A DNA stretch of 58,423 nucleotides, from NCBI GenBank assembly GCA_045628105.1, contig JAZQOX010000021.1:1-58423 (forward strand), given 5' to 3'. The notes beneath the pieces were generated by a model that did no database searches, was not told where the DNA came from, and saw only the letters and a program-made list of their open reading frames with translations. The position numbers and the translations under genes were made by a program. Positions 48,150 through 56,698 of this stretch are shown here, piece by piece. The DNA comes from Clostridia bacterium. Lineage in GTDB: Bacteria; Bacillota; Clostridia; TANB77; CAG-508. The first letter of the stretch is position 1. Each line of letters begins with the position of its first letter.

Positions 48150-48737
48150 TTAGATTACTTCAATTTGACAAGACTTCATGGTGGTGATGGCTGCCTCATG
48201 CGTTTCCGGAGTAACTCCGGCACAACATTCTGCAATTACATAGATGGGAAGCTCAGGATACTCTGCTTTGATGGCAAGTGCATTGCTTACAACGCAGATA
48301 TCAGTGCAAAAGCCAACGATGAAGATTACCTCATTTGCTTCAAAGTAGATATCGCTCCAATGATTGTATCCAAAAGACCTCTTCTCGATTACCATATCCA
48401 CAGAATCTACGGTAAGCTGCGGTACAATATCATGTCCGGAAGTACCTTTGATACAGTGGGGAACAGGAAGCTTGTGACCTTCCTGACTATCAGAATAGGC
48501 CAAAGTACCGTTCTTGGAATCATTGTAATGAGTGTCCTTAGTAAAGATAATCTTACCATTATGATGTCTTACCACATCAATGACTTTCTGAATGATAGGA
48601 ACAGAAAGCTGTGCGGCTTTATTACTCAATGTACCAGTGACAAAGTCGACTTGTGCATCGACGACGATAAGCCTTAACTTTTTGTTAGCCATGCATTCAC
48701 GTGACATGACATCTTCAAAAGTCTTACGGTTTTCCAT
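48150..48737 (-). CDS. pncA: Nicotinamidase/isochorismatase-family hydrolase
   Basis: VVDAQVDF (Asp), the conserved Lys region, and GFCTDICV catalytic Cys motif. Operon context with pncB. Confidence 0.8.
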   Translation of the reverse strand: MENRKTFEDVMSRECMANKKLRLIVVDAQVDFVTGTLSNKAAQLSVPIIQKVIDVVRHHNGKIIFTKDTHYNDSKNGTLAYSDSQEGHKLPVPHCIKGTSGHDIVPQLTVDSVDMVIEKRSFGYNHWSDIYFEANEVIFIVGFCTDICVVSNALAIKAEYPELPIYVIAECCAGVTPETHEAAITTMKSCQIEVI

Positions 48738-48768
48738 TGTGTTTTCCTCCTTGTTAGTTCTTGTTGTT

Positions 48769-49338
48769 TTATTTATACAGTCCTTTTTGGACTATATAAT
48801 CGAGTACTTGAGGGGGAAGCTTATCTTTGACAGCTTCCATGTTTTTTCCAGCGATAGCTTGTCGAATTTCGGTTGAAGAAATGTTAATCTCTTTTAATTC
48901 ATCGATAATGATACATTCATCAATTGGCTTTCCAAGTACATCAAGAACTGCTCTTACGTCTATGCCATTCCTATTGATAATAGCAAGATGGTATTTAAGT
49001 ATTTCTTGATATTTGTACCACTTGTCAAGTTTAATGATGTTATCAGCACCAAGAACTAGATATAGTTCATCGTCAGGATATTGCCGAGACAATAAATGCA
49101 AGATGTCAAGTGTATAACTAATATTATTTCCTTCTTCTTGAATAATAATCTTATTGCTAGATACACACTTTAGCATGCTTATTCTGTCCTCTATAGGCAA
49201 GAGTCCTTTTTTGTCCCAGTAGTCACCAGTGGGCATGATTACAACTTTGTCTAAGTAATGTTCAGCAAGATGTTGAGCAATAGCAACATGAGCATTATGT
49301 GGGGGATTGAAACTACCCACATATAGTCCAACTTTCAT
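48769..49338 (-). CDS. nadD: Nicotinate-nucleotide adenylyltransferase
   Basis: GSFNPPHNAH nucleotidyltransferase motif, ISSTEIR. 189 aa. Contains one in-frame CGG (49086..49084) read in the zero frame. Confidence 0.85.
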   Translation of the reverse strand: MKVGLYVGSFNPPHNAHVAIAQHLAEHYLDKVVIMPTGDYWDKKGLLPIEDRISMLKCVSSNKIIIQEEGNNISYTLDILHLLSRQYPDDELYLVLGADNIIKLDKWYKYQEILKYHLAIINRNGIDVRAVLDVLGKPIDECIIIDELKEINISSTEIRQAIAGKNMEAVKDKLPPQVLDYIVQKGLYK

Positions 49339-49591
49339 ACTGTCACCTCCTATTACAAATCATTTGTTTTGTAAAATAATATAAAATCAATCCGTATACA
49401 TTATACCACATTTGTAATAATTATGCAACAGATTATGTAAATCCAACAAAAAAATGTGACTGATAAGTGAAAATGTCGCAAAAAAGTTTTTTTGTAATAT
49501 TACTTCATTTTTGTTAAATAATTTGGCAATCGATATTGATTTTATATCAATCGTCAAGAGAGCCAATGAGTTGTAAATGTCTACGTCGTTG

Positions 49592-49644
49592 GCACCAAAA
49601 CAAAAAGACTTACAGCTCTGCTGTGAGTCTTTTTGTTTTGGTGC
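49592..49644. repeat. 24-bp-stem hairpin at the island's right edge
   Basis: GCACCAAAACAAAAAGACTTACAG (49592-49615) pairs with CTGTGAGTCTTTTTGTTTTGGTGC (49621-49644), with one G-U pair. Confidence 0.8.
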
Positions 49645-49658
49645 GCCTGGAGAAATTC
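49639..49658 (-). repeat. Inverted, slightly diverged copy of the tRNA-Arg 3' end
   Basis: The reverse complement GAATTTCTCCAGGCGCACCA compares with GAATCCCTCCAGGCGCACCA in the tRNA (2 mismatches). Confidence 0.8.
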
Positions 49659-49919
49659 AAAAAAAATTATAAATTCAATATTGATAAAAACATATCAATA
49701 TGATAATAGACAAACAAAACAACTTAATTAAATGTGAATATTGCGAAAGTAAAAAACATATTGATTTTGAGGAAAATGGATGGATTTTATCAGATATTGA
49801 GATTAAAAATTAATGCAATAAATTGTATTAATATGCCAAATTTTATGGATGAAATATTTTAAAAAACTATTAAATTTGAATAAATAAAGTGATATATTTT
49901 CGCAAGGAGGGATTTTAGA

Positions 49920-50912
49920 ATGAGTAAAGTTAAGAAATGTTTTGTATTGTTAATGTTACTTGCTATTTGTGCAGTTTTAATTTTTTCTGCAACAATAGTT
50001 AATGCTAATGATGAAGTTATTACTATTAATGATTTTGCAAAAGTTGATGCAAGTTTAAGTGAATATAATTTCACTTTTAACGGAGAAGACAACAGGTATG
50101 TTGTTATTAAACAAGCTACGAAAGTAATTATTTGGACAGAAAAAGTTGTAGCTGTTGAAGAACAAGCCGAATTTATGGAAGATTTTAAAGCTGTTTGTAC
50201 AGATAAATCTTTAAATTTAGATGATGTTACATTTGTTTATGGAGCTGGAGAACACGATTTAACATATTTAGGAACACAATTTGGAACATATACTTTTGAA
50301 GTAAAAGACAATGGAACAGTTGTATTAAGCTGCAATGCTGATAAAATAAGCCATGCTGATTATGGAACATATGTAAATAAACATGATAAAGTTGAAGAAG
50401 AACCTGAAGAAGAATTTACATACGAATGGATTCCAGTTGGAACAGTTGGAGAAGATTCAGCTACAGGATTTGGAAGAGAAGGAACATTAAATTATAGATC
50501 ATTCAAAAAAGGAAATAACTGGTTCCAAGCTCAAAAAGTTGATTTTTCAAATACTGATTCTATTACATTAGATATTCAAGCAGGAAACTTTAAAAATAAA
50601 ACAAACTTTGTTGGTGAAGTAACATTAACAAAAAACGGAAATGAATATACAATAGAATATACAGAAGATAAATTACCAGATGTTGAAGGATACGAAGAAG
50701 GAGATACATACGTATTAAATGTATTAAGTGGATCAAAATATTTATCTTCAAAATCATCAATAGCAGTATCTAACAATGGAAAAGACTTAAATGCATATGT
50801 AAGTGGAGATACATTTACAATGGAAGAAAACGTATTTAATTTCTATACACACTTTAATGTAGAATATGTTGAATATGTTTTAACAGCTGTACCAGTAACA
50901 ACAGCAGAATAA
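49920..50912 (+). CDS. Secreted protein of unknown function
   Basis: AGGAGG RBS. Signal-peptide-like CFVLLMLLAICAVLIFSATIVNA. Confidence 0.6.
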   Translation: MSKVKKCFVLLMLLAICAVLIFSATIVNANDEVITINDFAKVDASLSEYNFTFNGEDNRYVVIKQATKVIIWTEKVVAVEEQAEFMEDFKAVCTDKSLNLDDVTFVYGAGEHDLTYLGTQFGTYTFEVKDNGTVVLSCNADKISHADYGTYVNKHDKVEEEPEEEFTYEWIPVGTVGEDSATGFGREGTLNYRSFKKGNNWFQAQKVDFSNTDSITLDIQAGNFKNKTNFVGEVTLTKNGNEYTIEYTEDKLPDVEGYEEGDTYVLNVLSGSKYLSSKSSIAVSNNGKDLNAYVSGDTFTMEENVFNFYTHFNVEYVEYVLTAVPVTTAE

Positions 50913-51082
50913 AAGTGTTACAAAAAATATTAACAATACAATTAATGTGATAAATATATGGACAACTAAAGATATATTTTCAGTTTATAAAATAGTTTTT
51001 TACGCTGTAAAATTAAACTGAAAATGACAAAAGAGGATTTTAATAAATACTGTAATATAAATGTAATAAATTAGTAAAAGCT

Positions 51083-51122
51083 AGATCCCGTATATATATA
51101 TATATATATATATACGGGATCT
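51083..51122. repeat. Palindrome AGATCCCG-(TA)12-CGGGATCT
   Basis: A perfect 8-bp GC-clamped inverted repeat encloses a 24-nt TA dinucleotide repeat (51091-51114). Confidence 0.9.
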
Positions 51123-51195
51123 AAGAGCTTATTGAAAAAAATATAGATAAGAGGTAGAATAAATAAGCATTAACTAGTATAAAGGAGGTGAAAAA

Positions 51196-52086
51196 ATGGA
51201 CGAAAAAAAATCAGTTAAGGTTAGTTTAGGAACTGTAGTATGTATTTGTATAATTACTATTCTGCTTTGCGTAATTGTTGGAATGTGGTTTTATTTTACA
51301 AACATAAATAAAAATGAAAAACCAGTTAATCAAAACAATGGTCAAAATATTGTAAGTAAAAATGAAGAAGTTGTTAAACAGGAAAGTAATCAAAATATTA
51401 TAAGTAATAATGAAGAAGATAGTAAGCCAAATCAACAGGATAATAGTAAAAACATTATAATATATTTAGACGAAAATATAGCAAATGCTAAACCAGGCCT
51501 AAATACAGGATTAGATATTAACTATGAAGATTCTTATAATACAACATATGAAATTTATGAAAATGGGAAAAAGGTAGGTACAACAAAAGGAGTAGTAAAA
51601 AAAGTACAATTCTTTGAAAGAGAAGATTATATAGTTGAGTTTGAACATGAAGATTATGAGATTACAAAAAAACGCATATACGTTTCTTGTAATTATAATG
51701 TAGTACCAAGACAATATGAGAATATAAGTAAAATACCAGAAAGCATTAAAATGGATTTTCAGGATTGCGATAGTGTAAAAGTGCAATCTATAGATTTAGA
51801 TGGCGATGGAAAAAAAGAATTTGTAGTAGCTTATGCAAAAGATAACATGGCGGGAGTTAGCTTGTACGATTCAGAATATCGTAAAATTTCTCCTTTAGCA
51901 AATCATAATGATAATCAATATTTGTCAAACTTTGATTATATAACATATATGGATGTAGACAATGATGGAATAATGGAAATAATAATGAGTATTCCAGTAA
52001 TCGCACCATTTTATAGATATGGCATATACAAATATGAAAATAATAATATAAAAGGTGAAATCGATTATTTTACTCTAGCTACATAA
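51196..52086 (+). CDS. Membrane-anchored protein with FG-GAP/VCBS-like DxDGDG motifs
   Basis: AGGAGG RBS, N-terminal TM, DLDGDGKKEFVV and MDVDNDGIMEII motifs. Confidence 0.6.
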   Translation: MDEKKSVKVSLGTVVCICIITILLCVIVGMWFYFTNINKNEKPVNQNNGQNIVSKNEEVVKQESNQNIISNNEEDSKPNQQDNSKNIIIYLDENIANAKPGLNTGLDINYEDSYNTTYEIYENGKKVGTTKGVVKKVQFFEREDYIVEFEHEDYEITKKRIYVSCNYNVVPRQYENISKIPESIKMDFQDCDSVKVQSIDLDGDGKKEFVVAYAKDNMAGVSLYDSEYRKISPLANHNDNQYLSNFDYITYMDVDNDGIMEIIMSIPVIAPFYRYGIYKYENNNIKGEIDYFTLAT

Positions 52087-52087
52087 T

Positions 52088-52119
52088 AAAAAAGCAAGTC
52101 TTAATTGACTTGCTTTTTT
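52088..52119. terminator. Bidirectional terminator between the CDS and tRNA-Pro
   Basis: AAGCAAGTC/GACTTGCTT hairpin with an A-run and T-run. Confidence 0.75.
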
Positions 52120-52194
52120 GGTCGGGGTGACACGGAGCGAACGTGCGACCTCATGGTCCCAAACCACGCGCTCTACCAACTGAGCCACACCCCG
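52119..52194 (-). tRNA. tRNA-Pro (anticodon UGG)
   Basis: The reverse complement CGGGGTG..GCTCAGTTGGTAGAGC..CGTGG-TTTGGGA-CCATG..GCACG-TTCGCTC-CGTGT..CACCCCG-A-CCA folds as a cloverleaf. Confidence 0.9.
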
Positions 52195-52210
52195 TTTAAC
52201 GTACTTTTAT

Positions 52211-52239
52211 ATATTAGCACAATTTTACTTAATTTGCAA
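52211..52239 (-). promoter_or_regulatory. Sigma-A type promoter for tRNA-Pro
   Basis: On the minus strand: TTGCAA, 17-nt spacer ending TGc, TAATAT. Confidence 0.6.
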
Positions 52240-52270
52240 GCTTTTTTTGAAAAAAAAATTAAAAATATGA

Positions 52271-52297
52271 AAAGACCACTCAGTTGAGTGGTCTTTT
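52271..52297 (-). terminator. Intrinsic terminator of the 224-aa gene
   Basis: AAGACCACTC/GAGTGGTCTT hairpin followed by a T-run on the minus strand. Confidence 0.75.
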
Positions 52298-52304
52298 GGG
52301 ACAA

Positions 52305-52979
52305 TCAATCATAATCGAAAACAACTATTGGTCTTGGCCATTTTATGGAGTAAGATTGCGCAGGAGTTAAATAACTTCTTTGTGTGTCGATAACTCCATA
52401 ATTGCCATTTTCCAGTGAAATAGTAAATTTTCCATTAGGCAGAGGCAATGGTGTTGGGCTGGATAATAAATCCTTAAAGTATTGTTCAGAAGAATTTATA
52501 TCACAAATTCTATTCCAGGCAGCTGCTCGAGGACCAAGAAAATCTTTATAGCTTCTTTTCGACCATAACAAATTTATGACATTAGCGTAGTAAAGACGAA
52601 GTTCATCAAGACTGGCAATTCGTAAATTTTTATTTGGTACAAGAAATTCAACAGTTTTGGAAATTTCCTTGAGAGAAACATTTGAAATTGCACAATCAAA
52701 GGAAATATAGAAGTCAGGATATTTTTCGGGGGTGCATTTTACTTGTTGAAGGAAAGACCGTAAGTTTTTTCCTTCAGGGGTTGATGGCTTATAGAACATA
52801 AAACCTTTGGACGAAAAATCTAAACTTTCTACTGAAACCAAAATAGGCTTTAAAGACTTAAGTGTTTGCTGAATTACTTTAACATTTTCACTTAAGGAAA
52901 TTATTAAAGTTCTTCCGTCTGGTGACAATGAGGCAGACTCAAAATCAAAACCATCGGGAACAGAGTATTTTACTTCCAT
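52305..52979 (-). CDS. Hypothetical protein, GC-richer than its surroundings
   Basis: 224-aa ORF with no recognisable motif. Non-host-like codons. Contains one in-frame CGG (52760..52758) read in the zero frame. Confidence 0.55.
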   Translation of the reverse strand: MEVKYSVPDGFDFESASLSPDGRTLIISLSENVKVIQQTLKSLKPILVSVESLDFSSKGFMFYKPSTPEGKNLRSFLQQVKCTPEKYPDFYISFDCAISNVSLKEISKTVEFLVPNKNLRIASLDELRLYYANVINLLWSKRSYKDFLGPRAAAWNRICDINSSEQYFKDLLSSPTPLPLPNGKFTISLENGNYGVIDTQRSYLTPAQSYSIKWPRPIVVFDYD

Positions 52980-53119
52980 TATTTTTTTGAATATCCTCTC
53001 TATAAAATTTTGTCAAATAATTATACAGTATTTTACTAAATAATACAAGTTTAAAGGCCAATTTACTTTTTTATTCTAAATAAATATGATATAATAAATA
53101 AAAATTCATGGAGGAGAAT

Positions 53120-54022
53120 ATGGAAAAAAGTATTCCAATTTTTTTTGAAAATATATTAAAAAAAGAATATGACGAAGAACATGTACAAAATATATTAGCA
53201 GGTTTAATGGTTAAAAGAAAAACAACATTAAGAGTTAACACTTTAAAAAGTAATATAGAAAAAATAAAAGAAAAATTCAAACAAAAAAATATTATTTTTA
53301 ATGAAGTAGAATGGAATAAATATGCATTAATAATTGAAAATGATGATGAAAACTGTATACGAACAATAGATGAATATAAAAATGGTGAAATTTACATGCA
53401 AAGTTTATCATCAATGATTCCACCAATAATTGTTGATCCAAAAGATAAGGAAAGTATATTAGATATGGCAGCAGCACCAGGTGGAAAAACAACGCAAATG
53501 GCATGTTTATCAGAAAATTTAACAATGATTACTGCTTGCGAAAAAAACAAAATAAGATGTGAAAAATTAAAGTATAATTTAGAGAAGCAAGGAGCAACAA
53601 GGGTTTCAGTTTTAAATGTTGATGCAAGAAAATTAGATGATTATTTAAAATTTGATAAGATACTTCTAGACTCACCATGTAGTGGAAGCGGAACGATTAA
53701 TTTATTAGACCAAAATTTAGATAAATATTTTTCTGAAGAGTTAATAAAAAGGTCATCAGAAATACAAAAAGAACTATTAAGAAAAGCTTCAAAACTTGTA
53801 AAAATTGGTGGAGAAATAACTTATTCAACTTGTTCAATTCTAAAAGAAGAAAATGAAAAAGTTGTTGAAAGTTTAATAAAAAATGGCAATTTTGAAATTG
53901 TTCCAATTGAAAGTATAAAAGGAATACCAACATTGCCAACATGTGTTAATGGCACAATTTGCGTTAAACCAAATGAACTATACGAAGGATTTTTTGTGGC
54001 AAAAATTAAAAGAATAAAATAG
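53120..54022 (+). CDS. RsmB/RsmF-family rRNA (cytosine-C5) methyltransferase
   Basis: DMAAAPGGKT SAM motif, LDSPCSGSG and YSTCS catalytic Cys motifs. ATG 53120 is preferred because GGAGG sits inside the longer ORF. Confidence 0.85.
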   Translation: MEKSIPIFFENILKKEYDEEHVQNILAGLMVKRKTTLRVNTLKSNIEKIKEKFKQKNIIFNEVEWNKYALIIENDDENCIRTIDEYKNGEIYMQSLSSMIPPIIVDPKDKESILDMAAAPGGKTTQMACLSENLTMITACEKNKIRCEKLKYNLEKQGATRVSVLNVDARKLDDYLKFDKILLDSPCSGSGTINLLDQNLDKYFSEELIKRSSEIQKELLRKASKLVKIGGEITYSTCSILKEENEKVVESLIKNGNFEIVPIESIKGIPTLPTCVNGTICVKPNELYEGFFVAKIKRIK

Positions 54023-54034
54023 GGGGAAAAGGTA

Positions 54035-54481
54035 ATGAGATTTGTAATTCAAAGAGTTACAGAAGCAAGTGTAACCGTAGATAATAAAGTAACAGGAGAA
54101 ATAGGTAATGGATTTTTAGTATTAGTTGGAATTAGTACAACAGATACAAAAGATATTGCAGATATGATGGTTAAAAAACTATCAAAACTTAGAATTTTTG
54201 AAGATGAGAATGAAAAAATGAATCTTTCTATTAAAGATGTTAATGGAAAATTATTAATGGTTTCTCAATTTACATTGTATGCAAATTGTAAAGGGGGAAA
54301 TAGACCAGACTTTTTAAATGCAGCTAAACCAGACTATGCAAATGAATTATATGAGTATGTGGTAGAAAAATGTAGGGAAGAACAAATAGAAGTTCAAACA
54401 GGAATATTTAGAGCAGATATGAAAGTAAGGCTATTAAATGATGGCCCTGTAACAATAATCTTAGATAGTGATAATTTATAG
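54035..54481 (+). CDS. dtd: D-aminoacyl-tRNA deacylase
   Basis: MRFVIQRV start, SQFTLYA, GNRP, NDGPVT motifs. Confidence 0.95.
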   Translation: MRFVIQRVTEASVTVDNKVTGEIGNGFLVLVGISTTDTKDIADMMVKKLSKLRIFEDENEKMNLSIKDVNGKLLMVSQFTLYANCKGGNRPDFLNAAKPDYANELYEYVVEKCREEQIEVQTGIFRADMKVRLLNDGPVTIILDSDNL

Positions 54482-54512
54482 CCAAAAGGACCAGTCCATT
54501 TTGGCTTTTTTT
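54481..54512 (+). terminator. Intrinsic terminator
   Basis: GCCAAAA/TTTTGGC hairpin plus a T7 run. Confidence 0.65.
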
Positions 54513-54693
54513 ATTGGAGCCTTTGTCGTAGTTATCTACAACTTTTTTCTCTCTATTTAACATTGATATAATAATCAATCAAGATAGTAGAATTATATCA
54601 TACTTCTATTAAAATACAACACTTGCTCTAAAATTTTCCAAATATCTTTATTTATAGCCATTTTTATAGTATAATATCTAAGGAGGTATAATT

Positions 54694-55281
54694 ATGAACG
54701 TTATTGGTATTACAGGAAAATCAGGAAGTGGAAAAACAACATTTGCTTCCCTTTTGGCTAAAGAATTAAAATGTAAACATATAGATATAGATAAAATTGG
54801 ACATGAAGCCATATTTAGACCAGAAATATTAGATACTTTATGTGAAAAGTTTGGAACTGAAATTTTAGATAAAAATGGAATGTTAGATAGAAAAAAGATG
54901 GGAGATATTATATTTACCAAAAGACATAAAATGAAAGAATTATCTGATTTAACTTGGGAATTTATGCAACAGCAATTAGATTCAATTTTATCTCAAAATG
55001 ATGAAACAGTTGTATTAGAATGGATATTATTACCACATAGTAGATATTGGAAGAAATGTGATTGTAAAATTTTAGTAACGTCAGATGATACCACAAGAAA
55101 AAACAAAGTAATGGAAAGAGATAATATATCCGAAGAATACTTTAATAAAAGAGATTCTGCAAGTATAGATTATTCTCAAATTACTTTTGATTATATATTT
55201 GAAAACGATTATCAAGCACAAACTATGAAAAAAATGCTCGATAAAATAAGTGAGCAACATATTGGAGGAGATGAACGATGA
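54694..55281 (+). CDS. coaE: Dephospho-CoA kinase
   Basis: IGITGKSGSGKTT P-loop with the D.D motif, 195 aa. Confidence 0.85.
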   Translation: MNVIGITGKSGSGKTTFASLLAKELKCKHIDIDKIGHEAIFRPEILDTLCEKFGTEILDKNGMLDRKKMGDIIFTKRHKMKELSDLTWEFMQQQLDSILSQNDETVVLEWILLPHSRYWKKCDCKILVTSDDTTRKNKVMERDNISEEYFNKRDSASIDYSQITFDYIFENDYQAQTMKKMLDKISEQHIGGDER

Positions 55282-56054
55282 AATTAAAAGTATTAGGAAC
55301 ACAATCGCCATATAACACATTAGGTCATAATTGTCCAGGATTTCTAATTACAGATGGTGAAACAAAGATAATGATTGATTGTGGTAGTGGAAGTCATAGC
55401 TTATTAAATTTTCCAAATGACATAAATAACTTGTCTATTATTATAAGTCATTTACATAGAGACCATTATAATGATATTTATAATATGCAATATTCATCAT
55501 TTGTTTTTAATAATCAAAAAAGAATTGAAAAACCTATTGATATTTATTTGCCATCAAGCCCAGAAAGTATATATCTTGATATAATAGGAGAAAAGAATAG
55601 TTTTGCTAATTATTCAGCAATTAATGAAAAATCAAATTTTAACATTGGAAATATTGACATAAGCTTTTGTCAGACAAATCATCCTGTTGAAACTTATGCA
55701 ATTAAATTATCTAATGGCAATAGAACAATAGTATATACTTCTGATACATCGTTTTCTTGCAAGGATAAACTAGTAGAGTTTGCAAAAAATGCTGATTTAT
55801 TAATTTGTGAATCTAGTCTATTAACATCTCATGGATTTCCAGAAATAAATCCACACCTAACTGCTAAACAAGCTGGAATAATTGCAAAAGAAGCAGGTGT
55901 ACATGGATTAATGTTAACTCACTTTTGGCCAGAAGAATTAATAGAAAAATATGTAGAAGAAGCAAAATCTATATTTTCTAGAACAATTGCAGCAGAAGAA
56001 GGAAAAATTATAGATTTATCTAAAATTCAAGAAAAAGAAGAAGGCGTGAGATAA
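55278..56054 (+). CDS. MBL-fold metallo-hydrolase
   Basis: ISHLHRDHY (HxHxDH) motif and a later TH motif. Start overlaps the coaE stop (ATGA). Confidence 0.8.
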   Translation: MKLKVLGTQSPYNTLGHNCPGFLITDGETKIMIDCGSGSHSLLNFPNDINNLSIIISHLHRDHYNDIYNMQYSSFVFNNQKRIEKPIDIYLPSSPESIYLDIIGEKNSFANYSAINEKSNFNIGNIDISFCQTNHPVETYAIKLSNGNRTIVYTSDTSFSCKDKLVEFAKNADLLICESSLLTSHGFPEINPHLTAKQAGIIAKEAGVHGLMLTHFWPEELIEKYVEEAKSIFSRTIAAEEGKIIDLSKIQEKEEGVR

Positions 56055-56079
56055 TCTCTCAAACCTTCTTTTTTGGTTT

Positions 56080-56547
56080 TTATTTTTTTACTAATGCCAG
56101 AACTTCCTCAGGAAGATATTTTGAAACATCTTTATTGTTCCTAAGTAATTCCATAACCATGCTTGAACTGATATTACCCAATTTACCTGCTCTAATGTAA
56201 ACAGTATCAAGTTCAGATATTTCTTCGTTGATAGATGCCATATTTTCTTCGTATTCATAATCCATACCATTTCTAATACCTCTTACTAAAAAAGTAGAAT
56301 TATATTCTTTAGCAACATCAACGGAAAGATTATCATAAGAGATAACTGTTACATTATTAAGATTGTTACGAGCAAGAATCTGTTCGATTGCCTTCTGCAT
56401 CAGTTCTTTGTCGAATCGCCGTGTTTTCTTTGGATGAACACCAATTCCAATGATAACTCTATCAAAGAGCTTAGCTGATTGCGTAACTACATGTAGATGA
56501 CCATTTGTGAATGGATCAAAGCTACCTGCATAAAAACCTGTTTTCAT
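56080..56547 (-). CDS. coaD: Phosphopantetheine adenylyltransferase
   Basis: GSFDPFTNGH, RGIRN..DYEYE and ISSSMV motifs. Contains one in-frame CGG (56421..56419) read in the zero frame. CTT/CAG/AAG/ATC-rich codon use is unlike its neighbours. Confidence 0.85.
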   Translation of the reverse strand: MKTGFYAGSFDPFTNGHLHVVTQSAKLFDRVIIGIGVHPKKTRRFDKELMQKAIEQILARNNLNNVTVISYDNLSVDVAKEYNSTFLVRGIRNGMDYEYEENMASINEEISELDTVYIRAGKLGNISSSMVMELLRNNKDVSKYLPEEVLALVKK

Positions 56548-56698
56548 TTTGAATCCTCCTTTAATTGTTTGGAGGTTTTACCCTCCAAGCTGTTATACTT
56601 TTTGGGTAACAAAATGTATATAATCCAAATTATAACATATTTTACATAATTTTGCAAATATTGGTTTTACTGCGTTTAGCGACTTTTCAATTATGTAT

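Larger units (their letters stand above)
45511..49658. mobile_element. GC-richer, horizontally acquired island at tRNA-Arg (no integrase present)
   Basis: Sampled 60-nt lines run at about 45% G+C here, against about 20-30% in flanking DNA. Bounded by direct and inverted copies of the tRNA 3' end. Codon usage differs from the rest of the window. Confidence 0.6.

Noticed and set aside
49700-49813. A 37-aa ORF (MIIDKQNNLIKCEYCESKKHIDFEENGWILSDIEIKN) just outside the island.
   Set aside because: It has no Shine-Dalgarno sequence and only half of a zinc-ribbon-like CxxC. This cannot be supported from sequence alone.
52105-52287. A 60-aa ORF on the + strand.
   Set aside because: It overlaps the tRNA-Pro gene and its promoter on the opposite strand and has no RBS.
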